A stretch of DNA of 64,000 nucleotides from a cyanobacterium endosymbiont of Rhopalodia gibba (GTDB lineage: Bacteria; Cyanobacteriota; Cyanobacteriia; Cyanobacteriales; Microcystaceae). The translations under genes were made by a program, and so were the position numbers. Shown piece by piece: positions 11,310 through 22,608 of the stretch. Numbering within the stretch: position 1 is the first letter of the stretch; each line of letters starts with the position of its first letter. The DNA lies in contig CP067995.1 of the NCBI GenBank assembly GCA_045159875.1, positions 2,432,001 to 2,496,000 on the forward strand, read 5' to 3'. The notes under the pieces are model-generated. The model was given only the letters and a program-made list of their open reading frames with translations. It searched no databases and was not told the origin of the DNA.

Positions 11310-12690
11310 CAATATATGAGATAGGTAGAATTAGATGGACGAGGTGATAAACCTTATAAAAATATCAAAAGAGATTATAAATTATCAAAATTTCTCCTAA
11401 TTATTGATTATGTTCAGAGTGATCCTTTTGCTGTGCTAAGTAAAGTTTTTACAAAAGTTCACCCACTGAGCACCTGATTTCCTCTAAGTTTGTATAATTT
11501 TCCTAGTCGACGAATTATCCTTATGGATTATCTAAAATATCGATTTGCTAAAATTACTGAAAAATTAACTACCTATCGGAGGACAGTAAAGAGTAGTTCA
11601 ATCAATATTGTGGCAGTCAAACAGGGAATTTCACCTTGTACCGCAATTTTTTATTAACGATGGTCAGATGAAAGTCTGTTTTTGGGTAGGACTTCCAGTC
11701 CGAGGAAGGATAACTTTAAATCGTTAAGCTGTCCCAATCTTATGTCAATAAGTCCCAGACATGGTTGAGCATGCCTTTAAATATGAGGCTATTGATCCTT
11801 TAAATCTGTAAAATAACCCCAAACTTGCAAAAGATGCTGACTGGTTACGTAAAAAATTTAAAAATCAAAGATGGCTTTTCTGGATAATTGAGCCGTTCTA
11901 CTGCGACTTAGTGGAGTTAATCTCCGTTTCCTATAAAAGAATCTAATTCCTTTTCAATTGTCAAAATTATGGCATCATTTGAGGGATGAGTATCCCATAA
12001 GGTACTACCTTGATTGTAGGTGATGGTTCCCTCCGTGGTAGATAAACTCTACTCAGAACAGTAGAATCAGAAGTTTGTAACCATATTTCAGAGGATAGAC
12101 GATAATTTGTAGCCACGAATCCGGAAATATTTAAAATTAGTCCTAAAAATAGACGAAGTAATGTTAAAGTGGATATTTCTCCTTTTATTAATCGGTTATC
12201 CTGAAAAAGTTTACCCGAGAATTTTCAACGACTAATGCTAGTAAAAGTAGTTCCCAAGTTGCAAATATTATTGAAGGCTTTGAAGCAGGGCTAGACTATT
12301 ACTAGTGGATGAATATACAGCCGCAACTAACTTTATAATCCGTGACCGTCGAATGTAACAATTAATTGCTAAAGATAAAGAGCTCAATTCTACTGTATTG
12401 ATAAGGTTCGACAATTATATACGGATTATGGGGTGTCTACAATCTGAGTTATGAGAGGTAGTGGAAATTATTTATTATGTAGCTTAATAATGTCTAAATG
12501 TTAGTCCAACAAAAGGGCAGATAAGTTTGATCTAATTATTATTAGAATTCTTTTATCGTAAAGTGTTGAGCCGAGTAGAGAAGAACAGGCAGTTAAAGTT
12601 CAAGATGTAGAGCAGAAAGTTTTTGGGATAGAAGATATTGATTTAAGGAGAGTAGAACCTTGCTGTAAATTTCAGATTAAATGATAGCTA
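11310..12690 (+). pseudogene. ABC-class ATPase domain protein (COG3044-like) pseudogene
   Basis: LDGRGDKPYKNIK...LIIDYVQSDPFA; GTTLIVGDGSLRGR*TL (degenerate Walker A); VDISPFINRL; ANIIE; FGIEDIDLRRVE; many stops. Confidence 0.85.
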
Positions 12691-13275
12691 ATCTAATTAA
12701 TTAGATTAGCTATCTTAACATAATTGCCTCCATAACCTCTCAAAACAAAAATCTAAGCTCTATTGAACTTAAGAGAATCAAAAATATCAAACTTTGACAT
12801 AGTCTTATTTTTTAATTCTTCTTATCATAAGAGAATTCTCGATAAATTTTTTAGTTTTAAAATCTTTATTTTAAAACTAAAATGTTAATTATTTCACATG
12901 GCAGGTCTAGTACAACTAAAATTTTTCAGCTAATGGATGTAGTTTTTTCTTATATTTAAAAGGACTTGCCGTTTAGATTTTGCTTCATAATCAACAGCAA
13001 ATACCACACGTTACAGCATCAGCATAGGCTGGAAAAAGTCTTTTTCTGATGCCATCATTGACCAGTATGTTGGGTCTTGGCTAATTTGGTTGAGTGAGAT
13101 CTTTTTAGCGTGAATAGTTAATAGCTTGCGCGTAACGGGATAGTGAAAGTAAACTTTATTAATTTTCAAAAGCTATTAACCTATTAAATGTCCTTTTATC
13201 CTTCTTTCTGAGACTCTAATTTTAAAGCAGGATAAATTAAATTCCTATTGTTAAATACGTTGAATCAAAGTCTTT

Positions 13276-14067
13276 CTAGAGAGAAGTTGTTCCTGTTCCT
13301 TGAAACATAAACCAAGAAAGGAAAAAATTAACAACGAATACAGCTAATAAAGCTGTTACAACTGCTGTTGTCGTGGACTGTCCTACCCCCTTAGCTCCCC
13401 CCGTAGTAGTCAACCCCCAACTACAACCAATCACTGCAATTAAACCACCAAAAACAATTGATTTGATAATCGAAGTCAATAAATCCCAAAGCTCAAGAAA
13501 ATTACGGGCAGATTTTAAAAAAACTACCGGAGAGATATCGTATAAACTATCAGCAATTAATAACCCCCCGGCCATCCCAGTCATCAAGGAAAGAAGATTT
13601 AAAACTGGCAACATCATACAACAGGCTAAGACACGAGGAACCACTAAGTAATCGATAGGGTCGGTTTTTAGCATATAAAGAGCATCAATTTGCTCCGTTA
13701 CGCGCATTGTTCCGATTTCGGCGGCAAAAGCTGACCCCACCCGTCCTGCCACCACCACAGCTGTGAGAACGGGGGCTAATTCCCTCGTTAACGCTAAGGA
13801 TAAAACGCCGCCAACGGTACTGGCTGCGCCAAAATGAATGAATTCCCTAGCTACTTGAATTGTAAATACCATTCCTACAAATCCTGCCGTCACTAAAGCA
13901 ATCGTTAAGGACTCAGGTCCAACCACACTCATTTGTTCAAGGGTGTTGCGTCGGTGGATTTTGCTTTTCAGCAGGTGAAAAAAGACTTGTCCTCCTAAGA
14001 AGATAGCCGCTAGTAACCGCTCAAACCACACAGCAAAACCGCGACGGGTACTTGTCTGGTTAGTCAT
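13276..14067 (-). CDS. mlaE: MlaE family lipid ABC transporter permease (Ycf63/TGD1-like)
   Basis: TRELAPVLTAVVVAGRVGSAFAAEIGTMRVTEQIDAL, GGAKGVGQSTT. Confidence 0.95.
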   Translation of the reverse strand: MTNQTSTRRGFAVWFERLLAAIFLGGQVFFHLLKSKIHRRNTLEQMSVVGPESLTIALVTAGFVGMVFTIQVAREFIHFGAASTVGGVLSLALTRELAPVLTAVVVAGRVGSAFAAEIGTMRVTEQIDALYMLKTDPIDYLVVPRVLACCMMLPVLNLLSLMTGMAGGLLIADSLYDISPVVFLKSARNFLELWDLLTSIIKSIVFGGLIAVIGCSWGLTTTGGAKGVGQSTTTAVVTALLAVFVVNFFLSWFMFQGTGTTSL

Positions 14068-16411
14068 TGATTTCTTATCCTGTGAATTATGTCTCTTTCA
14101 TTATCAACCAATGATTCCTAATTCCCCTAGTTTTCATTTTTTACAAACAAGAGTAAATCGTGGTAAACAGCCACTAGCTTTTGTAAAGAACCTACTACAC
14201 GCTAAGATTTTAGGAGAATTCTTATGCCACAACGTAGGTAATCCAATCGGTGGAATTGGCGGAACAAGGATCTTCCCGTTGTTGAATCGTATCAACCGCA
14301 ATCGAGCACACCAGACCACAAATAAATACAGCTGAAAAGATCAATAATATCTTCAAAGGAGATTTTTGCCTGTTCAGAGGTATTTACTAAATTGATGACC
14401 TGTTTAATTTCTTCTTAGATAGCTGTCATAGTTGAACCTATTTAACTTTAGATTTGCAATATAGTTTGTTTAATCTTTTTAAGAAATTTAGCTGGACAAT
14501 CAGATAACTAAAAGTATAGTCATAGAACATCAGAATTGTCTCGATAGGTTTCAGCTCCGGCTATAGGCTGAATAATCTTAGTTACTTCTTGATAGGTTCC
14601 CTGTTTATAGGTAACATTATCGTCATTGTGTAGTCTACAATAATTATTTTTTGTAGCATAGACTCTCTCTTCGCAACTTGGTTCAGTGACTAAATTTTAA
14701 TAATTGGTTTTAATACCTATGGTGTCTCTTATCCCATCAGAAATCATTTTAGATAACTCATCAGGCTGAACATAAAATTGCAATATGACCTAACAAAAGT
14801 AAAACTCTCTTATAACTATCTTCTTCATTGTTTAATACTTACTTACCTTTGACATAAGGAGGAATATGGTTCATAAACATTTGTTAGCAGTGTTAATTTT
14901 TTAACATTGAGTCATTTTATATCTCTAAATCCTTCGAGCAATAGCTAATACTTAAATAATTTTGATTTTTTTTTCTTCAATGACAATCAAAGAGATTGTA
15001 AAAAAGTTTGTTTTAAGCAAAATACGATCACCTAAAAATTGTCCTAAGTTAACAACATAAATCATCTGCTACCATAAATTCATGGCTTTTAGTAGTGAGG
15101 TAAAGACATTATAAATAAGCGTAGTAGAATTAGGAATCTATTGCGCTACTCACTTAGTAAAAATAAGTATAATTTTTCTTTTAAAACTGATAAATAATAA
15201 ATTTTAAAAATATTTTTTATCTTCAACTCTATCTACTTAAATATTATTAAATATTCTAATTTTTTACAACTTTTATTGTCAGTTTATTTTTAGAAAAAAC
15301 TTTTTAAAAGAATTAAAAATTAGTTTTTAATAAATCTATTTAAATATTTATTATCTAAAATAGATAAAGTAATGGTTGTCTAGTATTTTAAACTAAATAT
15401 AAATTACTAAGTAATGAAAAAAATAAACAATTATTTTTCATTTAGGTGCTAGTAAAATAACATTACAATTAACTTCAATAGGTAAGTCTATTTTAGCTTT
15501 ATTTTCCTAAAAAATAACTCTTTAGCCTTTATTCGAGCTAACTGTATCAAAAAAAATAATATAAAAAATACTAAGTCAAACTTGTATTATTTTTTCTGAT
15601 TATTAATCTATTGATTACACCTAATGACTTTAGTATTTTCTGCTAAAATCAAATAGTATAATGAGTTTTTTCTAATCGAATAAATATACTTCTAGTAACA
15701 TAGTTTTAGCCTTGATTTTTTTATAAAAAAAATATAAAATTAAATGATATCTTTTAGGAAATTTTACAAAATTGTAACTTTTTCGAAGTCTTTTAAGTGA
15801 ATGTTGATCTCATTTTTTTATATCTAAGCTTTCAATTAATTGGTACTCTCCCATTTTGATTGATGCTTATTAATTGTTGGCTATTCCTAATACAAGACCT
15901 AATTTATGGTCATGAGATAAATAATGGAATTTCTTGAATAAACAATTACAGCTTTAATATTTTAATTCAGCGGTTAAATGCCAAATTGAATATAAACAAG
16001 ACTGTCATCAAGCTCCACTAGAAGTTATTCAACTTGTTAGCCGCTTAAGTTTCTATCAAGAACTATTCTGAACAACTGAAATAAACTAGATAAATCAATC
16101 TGTTAATATAAGGAGATTACAAATATGGCTAAACTTTAATTGATGTCGTTGCTACCGAACTTGTCATTTAAAACTTATACTATAAGAGTAAAAAATAACA
16201 AATGGGAAATAGATTTTAACTTTTGAGTTTTTCGAGTAAGATCAATCGTCATTCTACTTAGATTTTTGATTCATTTCAGAAAATATTTTAATCGGAAAAC
16301 AGCACTTTATCAGTGATATCTACGCTTACTTACAAATTTTTTAGGTTTTTAAAATCATTAATATCTGACACTTCTCCAATTTTATTCTTCTTAAATTTTG
16401 TTCTAATTACT

Positions 16412-16573
16412 TTAAAATAAAGTATAAATAAAAGGAGCGAGCACTGATCCTTGTGTCAGGAAAATTAAAGTACCTAATAACACTAATGTAATGACTAACG
16501 GGGCTAACCAATACTTTTTACGCTCATTAAAAAATCCCCATAGATCTTTTATTAAATCAAAAAAGCCTTCCAT
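16412..16573 (-). CDS. DUF5989 / SxtK-like small membrane protein (53 aa; not in ORF track)
   Basis: MEGFFDLIKDLWGFFNERKKYWLAPLVITLVLLGTLIFLTQGSVLAPFIYTLF*; KKYWLAP and APFIYTLF signatures; ATG overlaps the upstream stop (TAATG). Confidence 0.9.
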   Translation of the reverse strand: MEGFFDLIKDLWGFFNERKKYWLAPLVITLVLLGTLIFLTQGSVLAPFIYTLF

Positions 16574-16980
16574 TAATATGGTTTCTCCATGCTATTTTTT
16601 TCTTTGATAAAACTTAAAATACGATAAGTTTTTAGGCTCGGATTAAATTTATTTTTCATTGGATCTCGATTAAATAATCGCATAATAAATGCCATGGGAG
16701 TGACAATAAAAAAGAAGATTAGACCCAAAATAATTCTTGTATTAATCCAAGCAAGTACCTGCGTGACTTTCATCCAATTATTATAAATCGGATCGAGAGA
16801 CTGGGGAATGAAAGTTGCTAACCCATACATTACTCCTGTAATAATCCAGGGTGTTAATGATAACTTATGTCCTAGAATCAAAGGCATAATTAACCCAAAT
16901 AATCCAGAAATAATTGTTCCAGTTAGTAGCCCAAAACGTCGTAATTCTTTTCGATTTAACTTAGGAATTTCATAAGACAT
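16573..16980 (-). CDS. SxtJ-family membrane protein
   Basis: ELRRFG, PIYNNWMK...WINTRIILGLIFFFIVTP...RDPM...MEKPY; lies between the carbamoyltransferase and DUF5989 genes. Confidence 0.85.
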   Translation of the reverse strand: MSYEIPKLNRKELRRFGLLTGTIISGLFGLIMPLILGHKLSLTPWIITGVMYGLATFIPQSLDPIYNNWMKVTQVLAWINTRIILGLIFFFIVTPMAFIMRLFNRDPMKNKFNPSLKTYRILSFIKEKNSMEKPY

Positions 16981-17024
16981 ATCTTTGTGTATATTTCAAT
17001 AAATAATGAAAAATTATTTTTCTA

Positions 17025-18875
17025 TTAATCAAGTTCAAATTCATCTTGCCACGTATTATTTGTCTGCCATTGTAACTGTTCTGATTTAGCTAGTAAATAA
17101 TTTTCAATCACTAAATAGTCCATCTCAGTACGCATAAAACAACGATAGGCATCTTCAGGGGTACAAACAATCGGTTCTCCTCTAACGTTGAAAGAAGTAT
17201 TAACCAATACTCCACATCCTGTTAATGCTTCAAACTCTTTAATTAATTGATAGTAACGAGGATTAGTTTCATGATGCACAGTTTGTATTCTTGCAGAATA
17301 ATCAACGTGGGTAATAGCAGGAATTTGCGAGTGAGGAATTTTTAATTTTTCTATGCCAAAAAGTTGTTTTTGTTTATCTATCATTGATAGATGTAAATCT
17401 TCTTTAACAGAAGCAACTAATAACATATAAGGACTTGGTTTATCTAAGTCAAAATAATCAGAAACTCGTTCAGCCAAAACCGAAGGTGCAAAGGGTCGAA
17501 ATGACTCTCGATATTTAATTTTTAAGTTCATTATTGACTGCATTTTCTCGTTACGAGGATCACCAATAATTGAACGGTTTCCCAAAGCACGAGGACCAAA
17601 TTCCATACGTCCTTGGAACCATCCAACCACATTTCCTTGAGCAATAATTTTAGCTACTTTTGAAAATAATTTATCGTTATCTAAACGAATATATTGAGCG
17701 CAAATATCATTAAAATATCTACCAATTTCTTCATTGTAAAATTGAGGACCCAAATAAGTTCCTTGCATTCGATCTAACTCAATTTTTGAATCACTTATAT
17801 CTCGGGGATTTTCTAAATATTGATGCCAAATTGCTAAAGCTGCTCCAATTGCCCCTCCTGCATCCCCTGCAGCAGGTTGAATCCAAATATCTTTAAATTT
17901 ACTTTCCCTCAAAATACGCCCATTAGCGACGCAATTCAAAGCAACACCCCCGGCTAAACAAAGGTTATCTACTTCTAATTCTTTGTAAGCTGTGTTGGTT
18001 AATTTTAAGACAATTTCTTCAGTCACTTTTTGGACTGAAGCTGCAATGTCCATTTCTCTTTGAGATAGCTTACTTTCAGGTTTACGGCGAGGTGCACCAA
18101 AAAGTTGGTTAAACTTCTTATTAGTCATTGTTAACCCCGTTGCGTAATTGAAGTATTTCATGTTCAGGCGAAATGTGCCATCTTCCTTAAGATCAATTAA
18201 ATTTTCTAAAATAATATCAACATATTTGGGTTCACCGTAGGGAGCTAATCCCATTAGCTTGTATTCTCCAGAGTTAACTTTAAAACCAGTATAGTAAGTG
18301 AAAGCGGAATAAAATAGTCCTAAAGAATGGGGAAAATTGATTTCCCATTGAGGTGTTAATACATTATTTTTTCCTAACCATAAAGATGTTGTTGCCCATT
18401 CTCCCACTGCATCTAGACACAATACCGCAGCGTCGTTAAAAGGACTGGGAAAAAAAGCAGAGGCTGCATGAGATTGGTGATGTTCTGTAAACAATAATGG
18501 TGGAAGTTCAGAGGGTTTACAGTTAGCAAGTTTAGCTAATTCTCTTTTGAGAATGGTCTTAAGATAAAGTTTTTCTTGTAACCAAGCCGACATCGCAACG
18601 ACAAAAGAACGGAATCCTTGAGGTGCGTACGCTAAATAAGTTTCTAATAGACGTTCAAAAGTAACGATTGGTTTCTCATAAAAAACAATATAATCTAACT
18701 TTTGTAGAGAAACTTTTGCTTCTGCGAGTATATAGAGAATAGCATTTTTAGGAAACTTTGCATCATGTTTTTGACGAGTGAAGCGTTCTTCTTGGACTGC
18801 GGCGATAATAGTTCCTTCTTGAACCAAAGCTGCTGCACTGTCATGATAGTAGGCTGAAATCCCTAAAATTCTCAT
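17025..18875 (-). CDS. O-carbamoyltransferase, CmcH/NodU family (SxtI-like)
   Basis: ILGISAYYHDSAA, QEERF, EHHQSHAASAF, EYKLMGLAPYG, GGVALNCVANG, EFGPRALGNRS, KYRESFRPFAP, NTSFNVRGEPIV. Confidence 0.95.
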   Translation of the reverse strand: MRILGISAYYHDSAAALVQEGTIIAAVQEERFTRQKHDAKFPKNAILYILAEAKVSLQKLDYIVFYEKPIVTFERLLETYLAYAPQGFRSFVVAMSAWLQEKLYLKTILKRELAKLANCKPSELPPLLFTEHHQSHAASAFFPSPFNDAAVLCLDAVGEWATTSLWLGKNNVLTPQWEINFPHSLGLFYSAFTYYTGFKVNSGEYKLMGLAPYGEPKYVDIILENLIDLKEDGTFRLNMKYFNYATGLTMTNKKFNQLFGAPRRKPESKLSQREMDIAASVQKVTEEIVLKLTNTAYKELEVDNLCLAGGVALNCVANGRILRESKFKDIWIQPAAGDAGGAIGAALAIWHQYLENPRDISDSKIELDRMQGTYLGPQFYNEEIGRYFNDICAQYIRLDNDKLFSKVAKIIAQGNVVGWFQGRMEFGPRALGNRSIIGDPRNEKMQSIMNLKIKYRESFRPFAPSVLAERVSDYFDLDKPSPYMLLVASVKEDLHLSMIDKQKQLFGIEKLKIPHSQIPAITHVDYSARIQTVHHETNPRYYQLIKEFEALTGCGVLVNTSFNVRGEPIVCTPEDAYRCFMRTEMDYLVIENYLLAKSEQLQWQTNNTWQDEFELD

Positions 18876-19732
18876 TTTCCTGTGATCTTCTCCTCTGTTA
18901 CACCATAAACTATGGAAACTCTAAGTACTTTAGAAGTCAAGGTATAAGATACCATAATATGGAATTTTTCGGACTCATGAGCTATACATTAACTCTATTT
19001 TCTGTTTTGGCATTTCTTGTTCTGTCACACAAAAAACTCTGCTACTATTTAAGATTCTATCTCTTAATGAGTAAGAGTAAGAATAAAAATAATACAGAAT
19101 ATATTTTTAAATATCTACAATCTTTTTAAGATATATTCAGTGACTTTATTCCCAAAAATATATATTATAAATTGACTAATTATTTTTTATATGAGAGCTA
19201 TTATTTTTCATATTATTAATTATAATAATCGATTTCTTAAACTCAAACATAATTTTTTCTTCTATATTTATTCAGATTTTAATTGGTAATTTTTATAAAA
19301 AATCTCACTGCACTAAGATTTAAAATTTTAACCTCTCATCATTATCTGCCAAATGTACTAACTTCATTTTTCCATCATTATAAGCAACTTCACGTTTTTC
19401 TTCCTCGATACATTCATCACATAGATGAAGATCAAGATGGATTTTTTCCATATCATCGGAATCTTAAGTGCCCTATATCTGAGGTAACTTTGTTTTCATA
19501 TTTCATGTTTGGCTAACAAACAAACTCATCCCAGTATCATAACGGCTAATTTTGGGCTGGGTTACTTTAAATTCCAGTAGTTGACATAAAGAATAATCTC
19601 CAAAATATTCCGTATTAATCCAGATAGATATACACTCTACTGAAGTTATACACTTTTGCTAAATTATTCAAAACTTGTTACTGTGACTTGTAGTAGTTTG
19701 CGATGAACAATTCCTTTAAGTTGCTACTCACA

Positions 19733-19885
19733 ATGACTAATTCTAACCAATATGAAAGAAGATTTGGTTTCGTCGCCTACTCTGAAACTTTGAATGTCTG
19801 TCTAGCGATGATTGATTTTGTTGCCGTCTTTATCACTGAGTTAGTGACCGGTCAAGAATTTCTCCATTTCTAGGGTCTGCTTTAA
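19733..19885 (+). pseudogene. High-light-inducible protein (Hli/SCP) pseudogene
   Basis: MTNSNQYERRFGFVAYSETLNVCLAMIDFVAVFITELVTGQEFLHF*GLL*; the ExxNGRLAMIG motif has decayed to ETLNVCLAMID, with an in-frame TAG at 19871-19873. Confidence 0.85.
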
Positions 19886-19932
19886 ACCCTTAGTTTATGT
19901 ACTATAGTCACCTTTGTTAATCTCGTTGTTTG

Positions 19933-19963
19933 ACTGGGTTCTCCTCAGACAACCCAGTTTTTT
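19933..19963. terminator. Intrinsic terminator-like hairpin between convergent hli pseudogene and sigA
   Basis: actgggtt / aacccagt stem followed by a T run on the + strand. Confidence 0.6.
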
Positions 19964-19978
19964 AAGTGATTAATTTTA

Positions 19979-21118
19979 CTAACGGACATATTCTTTGAGA
20001 ATACTATTGCGATTAGGATGTCGCAATTTCCGTAAGGCCTTAGCTTCGATTTGACGAATTCGCTCGCGAGTGACATTGAAAATTTGTCCAATTTCCTCTA
20101 GTGTTTTCATGCGTCCGTCATCTAAGCCATAACGCAGGCGGAGAACATCTCGTTCTCGTGGACTTAAGGTATCGAGAACATTTTCTAAATCTTCCCGCAG
20201 TAAATTTTTAGAGACTTCATCTTCTGGATTTTCTCCATCAGCTTCAATAAAATCCCCCAGGCGGGAGTCTTCTTCCTTACCAATAGGGGTTTCTAGTGAG
20301 ATAGGTAATTGGGCTGATTTAGCAATAAAACGAAGCTTCTCGATGGTCATTTCCATACGTGTGGCAATTTCTTCTTCAGTGGGTTTACGGCGCATTTCTT
20401 GGGAAAGAATCTTAGTGGTTTTTTTAATTCTAGAAATGGTTTCGTAAAGATGAACTGGAAGGCGAATGGTACGCGATTGATCAGCAATTGCTCTAGTAAT
20501 AGCTTGACGAATCCACCAAGTAGCGTAGGTCGAGAATTTATAACCCTTTTCGTGGTCAAATTTTTCGGCTGCTCGAATTAAGCCCAGAGATCCTTCTTGA
20601 ATTAAATCTTGGAAAGATAGCCCTCGATTCATATATTTTTTAGCAATAGAAACCACCAGACGTAGGTTAGAATGAACCATTTTGTCTTTAGCTCTACGTC
20701 CTAAAAAGAGACGGCGTTGGAAAGCGTGCCAATCGATATTTACGGCCTCTGCCCATTCCTTCTCAGTGGGGAAACGTCCCATGTGTTCACTAAGTTGTTC
20801 TCGAATTCGTTCCAATTCAAGAAGATCGGCAATTTTACGAGCCAATTCAATTTCTTCTTCAGCACGCAAGAGTCGAATACGACCAATTTCTTGAAGATAA
20901 ACCCGAATTGAATCCTCTGTGTAAGGCTTTTTCTTACTTTGATCGCGCCGGCGAGAAGCACTCAGTTTTCGGGTTTTTTTCCTTTCTGGTCCAGTTAGTC
21001 CCTCATCGAGTACCACATCATCAGCCGATGCCTGTATGGCTTCATCATCATTGGGGATGAAGAATCCCACATCAATCTGAGGTTCAGTAAGGGTTAATAG
21101 CTCATTAGCCTGCGTCAT
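19979..21118 (-). CDS. sigA: Principal RNA polymerase sigma factor SigA (RpoD)
   Basis: [72 protein letters not shown]; probable ATG at 21118 (MTQANE) behind GAGGA; the ORF track starts at 21148. Confidence 0.96.
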   Translation of the reverse strand: MTQANELLTLTEPQIDVGFFIPNDDEAIQASADDVVLDEGLTGPERKKTRKLSASRRRDQSKKKPYTEDSIRVYLQEIGRIRLLRAEEEIELARKIADLLELERIREQLSEHMGRFPTEKEWAEAVNIDWHAFQRRLFLGRRAKDKMVHSNLRLVVSIAKKYMNRGLSFQDLIQEGSLGLIRAAEKFDHEKGYKFSTYATWWIRQAITRAIADQSRTIRLPVHLYETISRIKKTTKILSQEMRRKPTEEEIATRMEMTIEKLRFIAKSAQLPISLETPIGKEEDSRLGDFIEADGENPEDEVSKNLLREDLENVLDTLSPRERDVLRLRYGLDDGRMKTLEEIGQIFNVTRERIRQIEAKALRKLRHPNRNSILKEYVR

Positions 21119-22126
21119 GCCGTTTTCCTCTTGCTCCTTGAAGTGCACAACTAGAAGATAGGGTGTGATAGTAGAATTTACGAATTCAACCTCCCTAAAG
21201 TAGACTTACCTGAGAGTTATTCGTAAGGTTCTTTGGGGAAAAGCAGTTCGAACTGGCCTGCTTGGGGTTGACTATCATAAGGACTATGAGTCTGAAGCTA
21301 CCAGTTTGGAAAGTTCCCAAGAACAAAGTAGGGGGTCAATAAAATTCAAGACCTCTCCGATTGTAGCCTCGATTACAAAAAATCGGGTAAGTTTTTTGTT
21401 TTAATTGCACAAGATCATTTAAGATTTCGGGTAGTTTTTAAGAACACTGGATAAAAGATAACTAGACATTTAGATTTAATTAGGTGAAGACATGGCTAAT
21501 GGAGGTCATTGACAAACATATCTCGAGCGAATTGCGTTGATAACAACGCTTGTCTTCAAATCCACTTACCTACTAGCTAGTCTTAGAAAGACTGGAGAAT
21601 AGACCCAAGTCCTACTCGAGCTTAGGTATCCTTAGCGGTCTTCATCTTCAAAGCTAGGTAAGGCTCCTCAACACGGGTTAAATCTTTAGTCATCGTTTTG
21701 AGCTTTCCATCAAAGTCCGAGGACATTCATCCCCAATAAACGAGAATGTTTACTGACAGAAAAACAGTACGTTTGTCCTTGAAAAAGAAAAATTTTGTGC
21801 CCCTGCTATTCATACGTTAGCAAAGTTTCTTCTGTGCCGATCACTTAAGCATCAGGAAAATCGAACTAATGTGAAAGTTTGATGACCTAGACTTTTGTAT
21901 TAATCGCTGCACTTACTCCAAAGTTGCCTTGGTAATAATCCCGTTATAATCCTTGAACTCTGCATTTGACTATGACTTACACCATACTTCTCTAAATAGA
22001 AGTTAATAAATATAGTGGTCAAAAAAAGCTTTTAGTATTAACAACACTAGTCTACCTTTTTCCGTTGCTTGTCCGACTCAGTGTAAAAAAACTTACTTAA
22101 GAACGCTAGAAAGATGGTGGCTAATA

Positions 22127-22588
22127 TCAAAAAGCAGGTAAAGCTAAGACTGAAATTGAAATGCCCACCCCCCAAGCCAAGCCGACCAAAACCTGAAAAG
22201 GTGTGTGGCCCAGTAGTTCTTTCAACCGCTCTTGATTGAGATGGTGGCCATCTTGAAAAAATTCATCTAGGAGTTGATTGAGAATCTTTGCCTGGGCTCC
22301 TGCGGCTTGACGAACGCCAGCCGCATCGTACATCACAATTACCGCAAATAGAGAAGCAATGGCAAATTCCGGACTATTCCAGCCGACGGTTAATCCTACA
22401 CTGGTAGCTAATGCTCCTACTAAAGCAGAATGCGAGCTTGGCATTCCTCCAGTAGTGACAAGATAGTGCAGATTCACTTTACCGTTACGAAATAGCTCAA
22501 TAATTGTTTTTAATCCTTGAGCCGAAAAACAAGCCAGCAAAGACGCCAAAAGAATTGGATTGTGGAAAATCGTCTCAAAATCATGCAT
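22127..22588 (-). CDS. Divergent PAP2 family protein (DUF212)
   Basis: TGGMPSSHSA, VMYDAAGVRQAAG, LKELLGHTP; typical position downstream of crtE. Confidence 0.92.
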   Translation of the reverse strand: MHDFETIFHNPILLASLLACFSAQGLKTIIELFRNGKVNLHYLVTTGGMPSSHSALVGALATSVGLTVGWNSPEFAIASLFAVIVMYDAAGVRQAAGAQAKILNQLLDEFFQDGHHLNQERLKELLGHTPFQVLVGLAWGVGISISVLALPAF

Positions 22589-22608
22589 GGTTAATTTTTT
22601 AAGAGCAT

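Noticed and set aside
10854..12882. CRISPR array or REP-like family suggested by the palindromes
   Set aside because: The palindromes share no sequence, are not regularly spaced, and no cas genes are present.
13276..14067. Lone mlaE as a sign of a broken Mla system
   Set aside because: mlaE is commonly unlinked from mlaF/mlaD in cyanobacteria.
14111..14430. ORFs 14111-14335 (+) and 14134-14319 (-)
   Set aside because: Probably remnants of a decayed minus-strand gene starting near 14429 (MTAI*EEIKQVINL); I could not assign a product.
16412..18875. Saxitoxin biosynthesis cluster
   Set aside because: Only sxtI/J/K-like genes are present, with no sxtA, sxtG or sxtB in the window; the trio alone does not imply toxin production.
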